This document shows, in pieces, positions 25,825-35,435 of a stretch of DNA of 36,391 nucleotides. The stretch's first letter is position 1. The number at the start of each line of letters is the position of its first letter. The DNA is taken from sequence record NC_034620.1. The stretch is one strand, 5' to 3'. The notes beneath the pieces are model-generated. The model saw only the letters and a program-made list of their open reading frames with translations. It ran no database searches and was not told where the DNA came from. The translations under genes were made by a program, and so were the position numbers.

Positions 25825-26628
25825 TTAAATGACCTCAAACAAAGCATAAACTTTAGCTTTCCCGGTAGCCCATGCGTAAACATTTGCAGGATTATTTACA
25901 TGTATTTCCAAACTATCATTTTGTAGAATTGGAAAATTATTATATAATTGATTTCCAATATAAACTATATAATTACTAAGATTTTGTAAAATTATTCTTA
26001 CAGTTTCTATAGATGGACCGGAATAAAGTGGACTTGGAGTTGTAGAAACATCAAGTTGAAGACCTTCAATAGTCGGCGGTGATAAATACAAACTTAATTT
26101 ATTTATTGTATTAGCTAAACCAACTGTAGCTAAATATACATAGTCAAGTACATATTCTATAGAATTCGCAATAACATAAATTGCATTTTGTAATGAAATT
26201 CCTAATTTTTTAGAAATTGAATTTATCAAAATATAAAATGACTCATAAAAGTTATCAAAATTTTGTGTAAGTGTATTACTAATTTGATTAGGTAATTTGA
26301 TAATTGAGTAATATAATTGTTCATTTGAATATAAAATTAAATTTATTTGTTGTTGAGCAGTTGAAATAAATCCAGCGATATAAATTGGATCTAGTTCTGT
26401 TAAAACTGGTTGTCCAGCTATATAAATTTCATCATAGAAAAATCCAGAACTAGCATTTATTGAACCTGGAATTGTTAAATTTCCATTTTTTAGAATTGAA
26501 GTAACTGCATTTCCACCAGTTTCATAAAGTTGAATTAGCAAAAGTGATGCAGTGTTCCACATGGAAGAAGTAAGTCTTTGAAACGGTGAAGCTAACAAAC
26601 TTGAAATTGATGTATATGTAATGCTCAT
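25825..26628 (-). CDS. Conserved rudiviral protein (267 aa, ORF269 type)
   Basis: Size and position; late-type palindrome at 26670-26691. Confidence 0.85.
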   Translation of the reverse strand: MSITYTSISSLLASPFQRLTSSMWNTASLLLIQLYETGGNAVTSILKNGNLTIPGSINASSGFFYDEIYIAGQPVLTELDPIYIAGFISTAQQQINLILYSNEQLYYSIIKLPNQISNTLTQNFDNFYESFYILINSISKKLGISLQNAIYVIANSIEYVLDYVYLATVGLANTINKLSLYLSPPTIEGLQLDVSTTPSPLYSGPSIETVRIILQNLSNYIVYIGNQLYNNFPILQNDSLEIHVNNPANVYAWATGKAKVYALFEVI

Positions 26629-26759
26629 ATGTTTATATACTTAAATTGTAGTAAAAATAAACTCATAACTTATATATCATATTATGTATATCACTTGATC
26701 TAATTGTCCTCGTTACGAATTAACAATATTTTAATTTGTCATGAACTGGAAAAATAATT

Positions 26760-27365
26760 ATGAAAATCTTTACTTTTGCAGGTTATACAAAGCATTTAGA
26801 AGAATTAGATTTTGATTATGTAGTTGTGGACAAAACTTTTAATGATTTAACTCCCCAGTTAATCGATAAATATTCAGATAAAATAATCTGGAATGAGACA
26901 AATAGTAACATAAGATGGATCAGAATTGCTAAACAATTACTTAAAATTCTAGAAGTAGTTAAAGATTTAGATGATGATATATTTGCGATAATTGATAGTG
27001 ATCTAATAGTTCCAAAAATACGTGAAATTGATCCACAAAATAAAATTTTGACTTTATGCTATTGGCTCTATTACGAGTGGGCTAATGAAATAAGACCTTT
27101 CTGCTCTGGAACAAACTACATTTTCAATAAAAAACATATTGTAATTTTAGAAACTGCAATAAATGTTTATTTAGAAAAAGAATATTATAAAGAATTTCCA
27201 GTGGATATATTTCTACATGACCATATTTTGCATATAAATATATTAAAATTAGGAACTATACATTATGTAAAAACTCCTGAAGGAGAAAAAAGAATGGAAT
27301 TTACATTTGAAAATATAAATCAAGTATTTAAACATATTCCTGAATTTGTATTAATAGCATGGTGA
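26760..27365 (+). CDS. GT-A-fold glycosyltransferase-like protein (201 aa)
   Basis: FAIIDSDL DxD motif; TATA+GTC promoter at about 26728-26741. Confidence 0.8.
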   Translation: MKIFTFAGYTKHLEELDFDYVVVDKTFNDLTPQLIDKYSDKIIWNETNSNIRWIRIAKQLLKILEVVKDLDDDIFAIIDSDLIVPKIREIDPQNKILTLCYWLYYEWANEIRPFCSGTNYIFNKKHIVILETAINVYLEKEYYKEFPVDIFLHDHILHINILKLGTIHYVKTPEGEKRMEFTFENINQVFKHIPEFVLIAW

Positions 27366-27372
27366 GGTTAAA

Positions 27373-28437
27373 TTGGAAAAGCCAATTTATTATGTTTACC
27401 CTCAACATCATGATGTCAGTTTCAAATTTATTGCTTTGCAACATATAAAAATGTTAAAAGAAAAATATACAGTTTATGAAATTCCAGCTTTATCATTCTA
27501 TCAATTTACCCCATTCAGAAATCCAATTTCAATTATTCATCCCTTCTTTTATTCAATGTGGCATTGGGGAAAAGTAGAATTCTCATTTTTTGAACAATAT
27601 AGAAGCCGTGTTTCAGCAATTATTGGAGTTGAAGTAGCTGACAGTGATAGAATTTCAGAAAAATTCATAGATTATGCTAATAATTACGCTGATAGACTAA
27701 TTGGAAATTCTGAATGGACATTAAACGCTTTTAAAAATTCTGGACTAAAAATTCCAATTTTCAAAGTTGTACACAATTTCAATTCTAGATTATTGGCAAA
27801 AGATAATGAGTTAAAAGTTGATGATCAAGTTAAATATATTGAAAAAGTTAAAAATGAAAAAAAGATTAAGTTAGTAATGATATCACTTTGGCACTCTGAT
27901 TTTAGAAAAGGTGCTGATTTATTTCATGTAATCGCTAAGGAAATACAAAAAGAAAGAGACGAGATTTATTTTTTAGTTAAATCTGGAGGGCCAAGAACAG
28001 ATTTTCAAGATTTGAGAATGTTTAATCTCACTGGAAATACAGATTTTGACAATATAGTTAAAATGTATAGAATTTCTGACTTATATCTTCTAACTAGCAG
28101 AGGAGGAAGTTTTGAATTAAATGGTTTAGAAGCATTTATATCAAAAATTCCAATTGTAGCTACAAAAGGTGGTGCATGGGAAGAATATTTTCCTAACAAT
28201 TTAAAAGATTTATTAGTAGATTCTTGTAGATTTCCAGATGTTCTTTGGAATAATCCAATTCATATTGGACAAGGAGTAGAAATGTGCATGGATAAAGCTA
28301 TAGATAAAATATTAGAAGTTCTGGATAAATTGGATGAATATAAAGCAAAAATTGAAGAAAACTATAACTTTTGGCTAGAAAACTTTAGTTATGAAACTGT
28401 AAAAAAACAATTATTTAACGCTTTGACTTTTACTTAA
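27373..28437 (+). CDS. GT4-family glycosyltransferase (SIRV ORF356 type)
   Basis: RKGAD, SRGGSFELNGLEA signature; TTG start with GGTGAGGT RBS. Confidence 0.92.
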   Translation: MEKPIYYVYPQHHDVSFKFIALQHIKMLKEKYTVYEIPALSFYQFTPFRNPISIIHPFFYSMWHWGKVEFSFFEQYRSRVSAIIGVEVADSDRISEKFIDYANNYADRLIGNSEWTLNAFKNSGLKIPIFKVVHNFNSRLLAKDNELKVDDQVKYIEKVKNEKKIKLVMISLWHSDFRKGADLFHVIAKEIQKERDEIYFLVKSGGPRTDFQDLRMFNLTGNTDFDNIVKMYRISDLYLLTSRGGSFELNGLEAFISKIPIVATKGGAWEEYFPNNLKDLLVDSCRFPDVLWNNPIHIGQGVEMCMDKAIDKILEVLDKLDEYKAKIEENYNFWLENFSYETVKKQLFNALTFT

Positions 28438-28788
28438 AAAATCATAAATTTTTAGTAATGCTTCAACATTTTCTTCTCTCTTTAACTTCTTTATCTCTCT
28501 TATTATTTCATCATAAATATTATTAATTTTAATCAATTCCAAAACTTCTTTAATTAGCAGAATTGAAAATCTATGAGATTGTTGAACTATAACATAAATT
28601 TTTCTTGCTAATTTTTCAGCATCAAATTTGTCATATTCAATTGAAAGTTCAACATCTGAATATTTTGCGGTAACATTATTTTCATAAAGAGTCAAAAAAA
28701 GTTTATATTTGTCTTCTACAATTACTTCAGCTTGATTATCATTTATCTTAACTATCACGTTTTCTCTTAACTTAAACTCCTTAGTCAT
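28411..28788 (-). CDS. Hypothetical protein (125 aa)
   Basis: ORF track 28411..28854; ATG 28788 fits minus-strand TATA+GTC at 28806-28820. Confidence 0.75.
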   Translation of the reverse strand: MTKEFKLRENVIVKINDNQAEVIVEDKYKLFLTLYENNVTAKYSDVELSIEYDKFDAEKLARKIYVIVQQSHRFSILLIKEVLELIKINNIYDEIIREIKKLKREENVEALLKIYDFLSKSQSVK

Positions 28789-28871
28789 CAATATAATATA
28801 TATTTTATGACATATATATTTCTTTAAATTTCGAGTAAATCTTAAATTGGTCATAATGTAGGAGCTATGAT

Positions 28872-30062
28872 ATGGAATTTAAAAGAGAAAGTTCAGGTAT
28901 AATAAAAAGCTTTTCAACATTAGATATTTTTTCAATTAATCTTTTGTATATGGGCATTTTGAGCGGTATAAGTTATCCATTATTTGTCTCTGAAATGATG
29001 AAAAATGTAAACTTATTAATTGCGGTTCTTATAGGCTCTGCTTTTGGAATTCCGTTACTTGTAATGTATTATTTACTGACTAAGAAAATTCCGTTAAACG
29101 GGGGCGATTACGCTTATATTCGCTCAACATTTTCTCCAAAGTTTTATACAATTTTTGGAATTTCGTTATGGCTGATTTATGTATTTTCAGCACCAGTTTT
29201 ATCAAACCTTGTATTGTTAAATTTCAATATTCCAATATTCGATAAGTTTTTAATTTCAGAACTATTATTTGGGACTGCGTTACTTAGTGTTAGCAAAAAA
29301 ACAATTTATGCTTATTTAGTAGACGGATTAGCAATTTTACAAATAATTGTTTCTTTAATTCTGCCAATTTCAAGTTTCCATTTCCAAATACAAAACTTTA
29401 CAATATCAAATACTTTACTTTCAGCTTTATTATTTGATTTATCTATGTTTTTGTTTTTAAATGCAATTAGCTATATAGCTGGCGAAACAAAAAACATAAG
29501 CAAAAACGCTAAAATCGGATATTTTGCAAGTTATTTAGTAGTTACTGTATTAGCAGTATTAGACAGTTATTCAAATTTAAATATATTATTTCTATTAATG
29601 CCAATATGGTTTATGAGTTATATTTTTGTAACTTCCATGATTCAAAGTAGATTAATTCAAAATTTAGCATTTGATAAAATCTTACCTGAAAAATTTGCAA
29701 AAATAACGCCTAATGCTTTACTGTTAATCTTTATCGCTGATACAATTGCAAACGTTTTAGAAAATCTATTTAATTTCTCAATTTCATTTGGTCTTGATGG
29801 ATTATTATTCATCTTCTGGAATTTTATAATTGTAAGTCTAGCATTTCTAAAATTGACAAATAAAAAACTATTATTTTCAATAGTAATGATTAGCCTAATT
29901 TTACAGATCTTCTTATTCTTTTATTTAGGAATACAAAATTCAATATTCTATAATTTTGTAATTGAAGGAAATCTCATATACGCAATATTGAGAATTGCAA
30001 TAATGCCAATTTTAGGAGGAATTATTTACTTGTTAAGGAGAAAAATTATAAACGCTGAATAA
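28872..30062 (+). CDS. APC-superfamily amino acid transporter-like membrane protein (SIRV ORF399 type)
   Basis: About 11-12 hydrophobic segments; PLNGGDYAYIR and SYIAGETKN APC motifs. Confidence 0.9.
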   Translation: MEFKRESSGIIKSFSTLDIFSINLLYMGILSGISYPLFVSEMMKNVNLLIAVLIGSAFGIPLLVMYYLLTKKIPLNGGDYAYIRSTFSPKFYTIFGISLWLIYVFSAPVLSNLVLLNFNIPIFDKFLISELLFGTALLSVSKKTIYAYLVDGLAILQIIVSLILPISSFHFQIQNFTISNTLLSALLFDLSMFLFLNAISYIAGETKNISKNAKIGYFASYLVVTVLAVLDSYSNLNILFLLMPIWFMSYIFVTSMIQSRLIQNLAFDKILPEKFAKITPNALLLIFIADTIANVLENLFNFSISFGLDGLLFIFWNFIIVSLAFLKLTNKKLLFSIVMISLILQIFLFFYLGIQNSIFYNFVIEGNLIYAILRIAIMPILGGIIYLLRRKIINAE

Positions 30063-30064
30063 AG

Positions 30065-30967
30065 ATGAAATTGGTATTTGGCATTTCTAGTTCAAGAAGT
30101 TATTTTTTTAAAACTAATTTTCCAGTCTTAATTAATCAGTTGAGATTTAGAAAAAAAACATGGAAAAATGAAACTTGGGTTGATAGTGGCGGATTTCAAA
30201 TTATAATGCATAACTTAAAAATTTCTGTAAATGATGTCTTGCAAAAGTATAAAAGTGTTAATGCTTACGCATTTTTTTCTCTCGATATTCCTAGCGTTTT
30301 TGCACCTCTTGACAAACGGAATTTTGAATATTTTGAGTATCTCTACACAAAAATTGAATGGATAGAAAAAATTATACCAGTTTTACATATTTATCCACTT
30401 CAAGATTTGGATAAAGCTATTGATTTTTACAAACAATACAGTTATTATTTTGCAATTGGCGGAATAATGACTTCTAGCAAATTAAGAGTTTTACAATATA
30501 CATTTCCATGGATTTATTACCTAAAAAGAAAAGTATCTTATCTTCACGTTCTCGGTATATCATCTCCATATTTTTTACAAATTTTTAATAATATACAAAG
30601 CATGGATACCGCATTTTGTTCAATAATTTCAGCATTTAAAGAAATAATTTGGTTTGATAGTTCTAGGAGATATGTTGGAAATATGGAAACGAGAAGAAAA
30701 AAATATAAAATTACAAAAGACGAAAAAGAACAACTTTTTGAATTTCTAGATAAACATAACTTTCCATTTGAATATGATTTAAGTAATAGAAATATTCTAG
30801 AACTTATAAATGCATATATGTTATTATATAATAATTGGAAAATTAAGAATAAGTATACTGAATATGCAGAAAAACTTAGAAAAATGGGATTAGACAGTTT
30901 GACAAGCGAGTTAATTAGAAATTATAAAATTGCAAATGAAATATTAAAACAGAAAAGAGAAAAATAG
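30065..30967 (+). CDS. tRNA-guanine transglycosylase-like protein (SIRV ORF310 type)
   Basis: WVDSGGFQ, FAIGG, HVLG, SMDT TGT TIM-barrel motifs; no CxCxxC zinc site. Confidence 0.87.
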   Translation: MKLVFGISSSRSYFFKTNFPVLINQLRFRKKTWKNETWVDSGGFQIIMHNLKISVNDVLQKYKSVNAYAFFSLDIPSVFAPLDKRNFEYFEYLYTKIEWIEKIIPVLHIYPLQDLDKAIDFYKQYSYYFAIGGIMTSSKLRVLQYTFPWIYYLKRKVSYLHVLGISSPYFLQIFNNIQSMDTAFCSIISAFKEIIWFDSSRRYVGNMETRRKKYKITKDEKEQLFEFLDKHNFPFEYDLSNRNILELINAYMLLYNNWKIKNKYTEYAEKLRKMGLDSLTSELIRNYKIANEILKQKREK

Positions 30968-30981
30968 AAGATAAAAAAATA

Positions 30982-31539
30982 TTAACTTAACAATTTGTCT
31001 AATTGCTCATCATAAATTACTTCAACCTTTCCATCTTTAATCACTATTTTACCTGACAAATTCTCGCCGAAATATTGTATCAAATATCCGTATCCAGCAG
31101 TTCTAACTCTACCGCTTATGCTATACTGAATTTCTACATCTCCATTACAATAAAGATGTTTAACCTCTCCGAGACTTCCTCTAGGACTTCTCAATATTTC
31201 AAAATCTTCACATTCACCGCTAAGCACTTTGAAATAAACACCACCTCTATAACCGCTTGGTAATTCAATAACATATAATGTATTTCCCGGTTCAAACTTT
31301 ATGATTGGAGTTCCCTTTTCTGTTACAACAATTTTTGCATTTGCTAATTTTACCGTAAACTCATTAACTCTATCAAATTCTATAAAACTTCCATTTTCAC
31401 CGCTTTCTACAAATCTTCCACTGAAATATATAACTCTTCCTCTAGCTCTATCACCAATTTCAGTTATATCCAATGCCTTGTCCTCAAAAAATGGATATTT
31501 CTCATCTTTTAAACTAACTTGAACTTTTAACTTATTCAT
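30982..31539 (-). CDS. Beta-rich hypothetical early protein (185 aa), anti-defence candidate
   Basis: Early promoter at 31574-31592, GGTGA RBS; GDRARGR, SGYRG and SPRGSLG motifs; next to acrIIIB1. Confidence 0.85.
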   Translation of the reverse strand: MNKLKVQVSLKDEKYPFFEDKALDITEIGDRARGRVIYFSGRFVESGENGSFIEFDRVNEFTVKLANAKIVVTEKGTPIIKFEPGNTLYVIELPSGYRGGVYFKVLSGECEDFEILRSPRGSLGEVKHLYCNGDVEIQYSISGRVRTAGYGYLIQYFGENLSGKIVIKDGKVEVIYDEQLDKLLS

Positions 31540-31798
31540 TCTCTTATCACCAATATCTATTATGTAAATCTTTGTATTTAAAGTTATCTCTTAATTTTTA
31601 CGTTTATATCTTACGCTATTTTTATCATTAAATTTCTTACTGTATAATTCCTCTTGATTTTAAAATATTATCTCAAAATTGAGAAAAAATAAGCATGAAG
31701 ATAGATGATAAAGAGTAGAAAAATAAAATTAATAAGTTAAAAATTATAGATTAACAAAAAGAAAAAAATTATAGATAAAAAACGATTAATTTAAAACT

Positions 31799-32521
31799 TT
31801 AATCAGCTTTATTTTTTCTAGGTCTTGGATGTGTAATTAGATAATATTTATTTCCGCTTAGCATAACCGAATTTTCTCCATGATCTGCTGATTTCATAAC
31901 AAATGTTGTAGAATTTTGAAGATATACTAAAAACGTAGTACCAGGTGTTGAAAATAAATCAGTAGCTAATACAGTATTTGAAAATTGTATTTCATGATTA
32001 TAAATTGTCAAACTGTTTACATGATTGAGACTAAGATTTAATTCGCTATTTGGCGATGGAACTTCATAAATTTCCAAATTGCCTTGATTATATGTCAAAT
32101 GAAATTCGTATAATTGACCTTTTATGAAATAATCATAAATTTCTATTGCATAATTGGTATAATTAATAAGCAATTTTTTAGAATTAAGATTTGAAAGTTC
32201 TATTTGTTTTAATATGAAGTTTTTCATATCATCTAAACTTCTTGTAATTTTATTTCTTCTATAAACTGAAATTATTGATGGAGCTGGCGTATAATATATG
32301 CCTTTAGTTTCATCTAATTGATTACCATCATACTTAAAACAACCGTTAAACGTTAATCCTGACCTAGAAATATATTTAGAACAATTTACATAATGATTTG
32401 AAATTAACGAAATTTTTGTAACTTGACCATTTGAATGTTTCAACATAAAAACGATTGGCAAATGAATTATTTGTTTTAAAATTTTTACTTCATATTTTTT
32501 TTGATCTTCAACTTGGGACAT
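31799..32521 (-). CDS. acrIIIB1: Anti-CRISPR AcrIIIB1 homolog (about 240 aa)
   Basis: Colinear matches to recalled SIRV2 gp48: VNC..Y.SRSG.T..GC, GIY.TP..SIIS, RS.DD.K, NY.IEIYD...KG..YEF, IYNH, TPG...LVY, S.DH, C-terminal HPRPR. ATG 32521 has an AGGTG RBS. Confidence 0.88.
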   Translation of the reverse strand: MSQVEDQKKYEVKILKQIIHLPIVFMLKHSNGQVTKISLISNHYVNCSKYISRSGLTFNGCFKYDGNQLDETKGIYYTPAPSIISVYRRNKITRSLDDMKNFILKQIELSNLNSKKLLINYTNYAIEIYDYFIKGQLYEFHLTYNQGNLEIYEVPSPNSELNLSLNHVNSLTIYNHEIQFSNTVLATDLFSTPGTTFLVYLQNSTTFVMKSADHGENSVMLSGNKYYLITHPRPRKNKAD

Positions 32522-32610
32522 ACGACCTGACACCTGTAAATGAAAATATGCTATATGACAAATATAAAAATATCTTGAGTTTTCGATTTATAAAAAAGAA
32601 AAAAATAATA

Positions 32611-33075
32611 TCAAACTTTGACAAATTCGATTTTATAATTTTTCTTCAAAAGATAATATACTTTAAAATAGACAGGATCGACATGACTGACAATAGACTC
32701 TGGTATCATCTTCAACAAAACAATAATATCTTCTGGAATATTATATTCATTACCATAATATATAATTATTTTATTTTCTTTAGTTTCAAATCTATACCAA
32801 GAATACGCTTTTCTATAATCTATAACATAATTATGAGATCCATTATTCCACTCATCATATGCAATATATTTTACGCCATCATCATTAACAAAAATTATAG
32901 AACCAACATATCGATCATTTACGGTATTTCTTAATTTTTCAAATAGATATTCCTTTAACTCTCTATAATTGGCTTTTTGCATTTCATCCCATAACTGAAT
33001 AATTTCATATCTTAAAATCTCTAATTGATTTATTATTTGATTTATTTTCTCTAATTGTTGATCAAATTTATTCAT
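32611..33075 (-). CDS. Hypothetical protein (154 aa), paralog of 3307..3759
   Basis: Shared blocks with the left-arm gene; TATA+GTC at 33106-33121; GGTGAG RBS. Confidence 0.88.
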   Translation of the reverse strand: MNKFDQQLEKINQIINQLEILRYEIIQLWDEMQKANYRELKEYLFEKLRNTVNDRYVGSIIFVNDDGVKYIAYDEWNNGSHNYVIDYRKAYSWYRFETKENKIIIYYGNEYNIPEDIIVLLKMIPESIVSHVDPVYFKVYYLLKKNYKIEFVKV

Positions 33076-33252
33076 TTTCGCTTCTCACCAAATCAATTTG
33101 TGAGTTATGACAAATTTAAAACTTTCTTTATCTTTCGATTTATGAATTTCTTAAAATATTAGTATTAATATTACAAACATAAGAAAAATCAAGCATGGAG
33201 AAAGAAAACAAAAAACAAAAAAATAAAAAATAAAGAATACGAAAGAAAAAAA

Positions 33253-33567
33253 TTAGTATATATTCCAAATTAATAAAGCAATTAACTTTAATATTTCTTC
33301 CCTTGCACCCTCTGCTATCTTCTGATTATTTACCTCTTTGTAAACCTTATAAAGTCTTGCAATTTTTTGTAGCGTCTTAACAAAATCAATATCTTCTGGA
33401 TTTAAATAAGTAAAGCTAATTTCATTTTTCGTATCATTTACTACGACATATAGCTTTGAATATTCTATATGTCTTCCCTTAACTTGTTCTAACTGAATCA
33501 AAAAACTAATATTAACTTGTCCTTCCAACTTTTCTTTAAACGAATTTTGACTTTTTTCTTCCGCCAT
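33253..33567 (-). CDS. Hypothetical early protein (104 aa)
   Basis: Promoter GATAGAGAAAGATTTAAATAT at 33600-33620 (minus). Confidence 0.82.
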   Translation of the reverse strand: MAEEKSQNSFKEKLEGQVNISFLIQLEQVKGRHIEYSKLYVVVNDTKNEISFTYLNPEDIDFVKTLQKIARLYKVYKEVNNQKIAEGAREEILKLIALLIWNIY

Positions 33568-33718
33568 TTTTATTCACAATTTTACATATGCATAAACTCA
33601 TATTTAAATCTTTCTCTATCTCTTTACTTCTTTATCTTTCATTTTTTTTATCTTCAACTTCTACAAATCTGTAGAAAACTTTAAATATCTAAATATCGAA
33701 AGTATACATGTGAGTCAA

Positions 33719-34078
33719 ATGAAAACACAAGAAAAAAACGAATGGTTGGAAAATACAAAGTACATAGTTAGAAAAATAAGCAAAACAGACATTAGAAATA
33801 CATTAATGTTTTTTTACGAGATGAATGAAGTACCTGAAATAATAATATTAAATAGAGGAAATATACATTTAGAAGGCTTCATAAAATTAAGCAAGAAAAT
33901 ATTTAAATTTGATTTGATATTTTTAAGAAAAGAAGAAAAAACCATATTAAGAGTATCATTACAATATGGAAAAGAAAAACTTGAGAAATCTGAAGAAATT
34001 TTTATTATAGAATATAATGACAGTCTTGAAATACAGCTTGCCGAAACTAAACAATATTTGTTTAGTGTATACTTCTAA
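33719..34078 (+). CDS. Hypothetical early protein (119 aa), oriented opposite to the rest of the right arm
   Basis: Promoter GTAGAAAACTTTAAATAT at 33671-33688; GTGAG RBS. Confidence 0.8.
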   Translation: MKTQEKNEWLENTKYIVRKISKTDIRNTLMFFYEMNEVPEIIILNRGNIHLEGFIKLSKKIFKFDLIFLRKEEKTILRVSLQYGKEKLEKSEEIFIIEYNDSLEIQLAETKQYLFSVYF

Positions 34079-34325
34079 CTTTTAATTTAAATTTATTTTT
34101 TTATACCTCATTTTTCTTAACTTCTCTATAATATTTCAAAACTTCTTTTATCTCTCTATCTTTCTAGATCTCTATCTTTCGTTATTTTTATCGTCTAATC
34201 CCTTACTTAGAAATCCTTCTTTATCCTGAAATAATAAAACGGAAATGAGAAAAATTTGACATAAAAATAACTAAAATAAGAAAATAAAAGCTAAAAGTTA
34301 AAAAAGAAAAATAAAATAAAAAAAA

Positions 34326-34553
34326 TTAATCTATATCTGACAAAAGGAAATACTTTAAACCGTCACGTTTAGCTTTTATTAAAGATGTTTTTCCTATTTC
34401 TTTAGCTTTCTTGCCAACTACAACTTTCCAATAATAATGTTCACAATTGTGATAACTTGCTAAATATCCATCTATCCTTCTTTCGCCTAGTTTCTTATTG
34501 CAAAGTAAACATATATATACTTCCCATCTTCCGATTATATATTTTTGTATCAT
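34326..34553 (-). CDS. Small putative zinc-binding protein (75 aa)
   Basis: CLLC and HNC; promoter at 34586-34603 duplicated from the ITR edge. Confidence 0.78.
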   Translation of the reverse strand: MIQKYIIGRWEVYICLLCNKKLGERRIDGYLASYHNCEHYYWKVVVGKKAKEIGKTSLIKAKRDGLKYFLLSDID

Positions 34554-34772
34554 TTTCACTCACATATAATTTTGCATGTCCTCCTTTATAAATTTTTCTC
34601 TCCTTTTTTAGATCTCTATTTTTCGTTATTTTTATCATTAGGCTATACAACATACGATTTCTCTATATTTAGTAATATTATCTCAAATATGAGAAAAATT
34701 GAGCATAATTACAGAAAATAAAAAATTATAAAACAGAAGAAAAATAGGAAATTAAAAATAACAATTAAAAAA

Positions 34773-34970
34773 TTAACTTAATGTGGTAATTTCTAAATAA
34801 AAATCTTTTCCAAATTGGTACAATTTTATATGAACTTTTCCTTGTTTCTCAATAAAAGAATAATAAAAGTCGGCTTCGCCTTTGTATGGAATAAAATTTT
34901 TGTCTTGTTGAAGCTGTTTTGCTAATTCATTTGCTTGTTTCTTGCTTATTTTTACTTTTGTGTCTACCAT
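34773..34970 (-). CDS. Hypothetical early protein (65 aa), first gene of the right arm
   Basis: Promoter at the ITR boundary (35005-35023, minus). Confidence 0.78.
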   Translation of the reverse strand: MVDTKVKISKKQANELAKQLQQDKNFIPYKGEADFYYSFIEKQGKVHIKLYQFGKDFYLEITTLS

Positions 34971-35435
34971 TTTTCATTCACAATACATACTATCTCTAAA
35001 CTCATATTTAAATTTTTCTCTCCTTTTTTAGATCTCTATTTTTCGTTTCTTCTCCATCATCTCTCTCTATAGAGAACGTATCAACTTTGCATCTCCAATT
35101 TCTTTCAACGCTGTAGAGATAAATTGTTTTGTAACGGTGAAATCGCGTAAAAAAACCTATTTTGGGTTTGACTATAATTTATTAATTATAAACTACTAAT
35201 TAGTAGTTAGCTAATTATATAATATACTAACTATGTAGTTATATAATTATCTAATTTAAATGTTAATAATAATATATATAAAAAAATAATAATAAGAAGA
35301 AAGATAATGCCCACTAACATTATTAAATGCTTTCTTCTGGTATATAAACTTTTCTTTCTAAACTTCCAATTTCTCCAACACTAAACGCAAAAAACTAACA
35401 ACACATAACGAAATGAATAAATATAACAAATTAAC

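Noticed and set aside
21947-31522. Nested or antisense ORFs 21947..22183, 25589..25789, 28005..28199, 31075..31263 and 31301..31522
   Set aside because: Each lies wholly opposite a well-supported gene and lacks expression signals.
32455-32934. 159-aa plus-strand hydrophobic ORF
   Set aside because: Antisense to acrIIIB1, its promoter and the 154-aa gene; the I/F richness reflects reverse-read codon bias.
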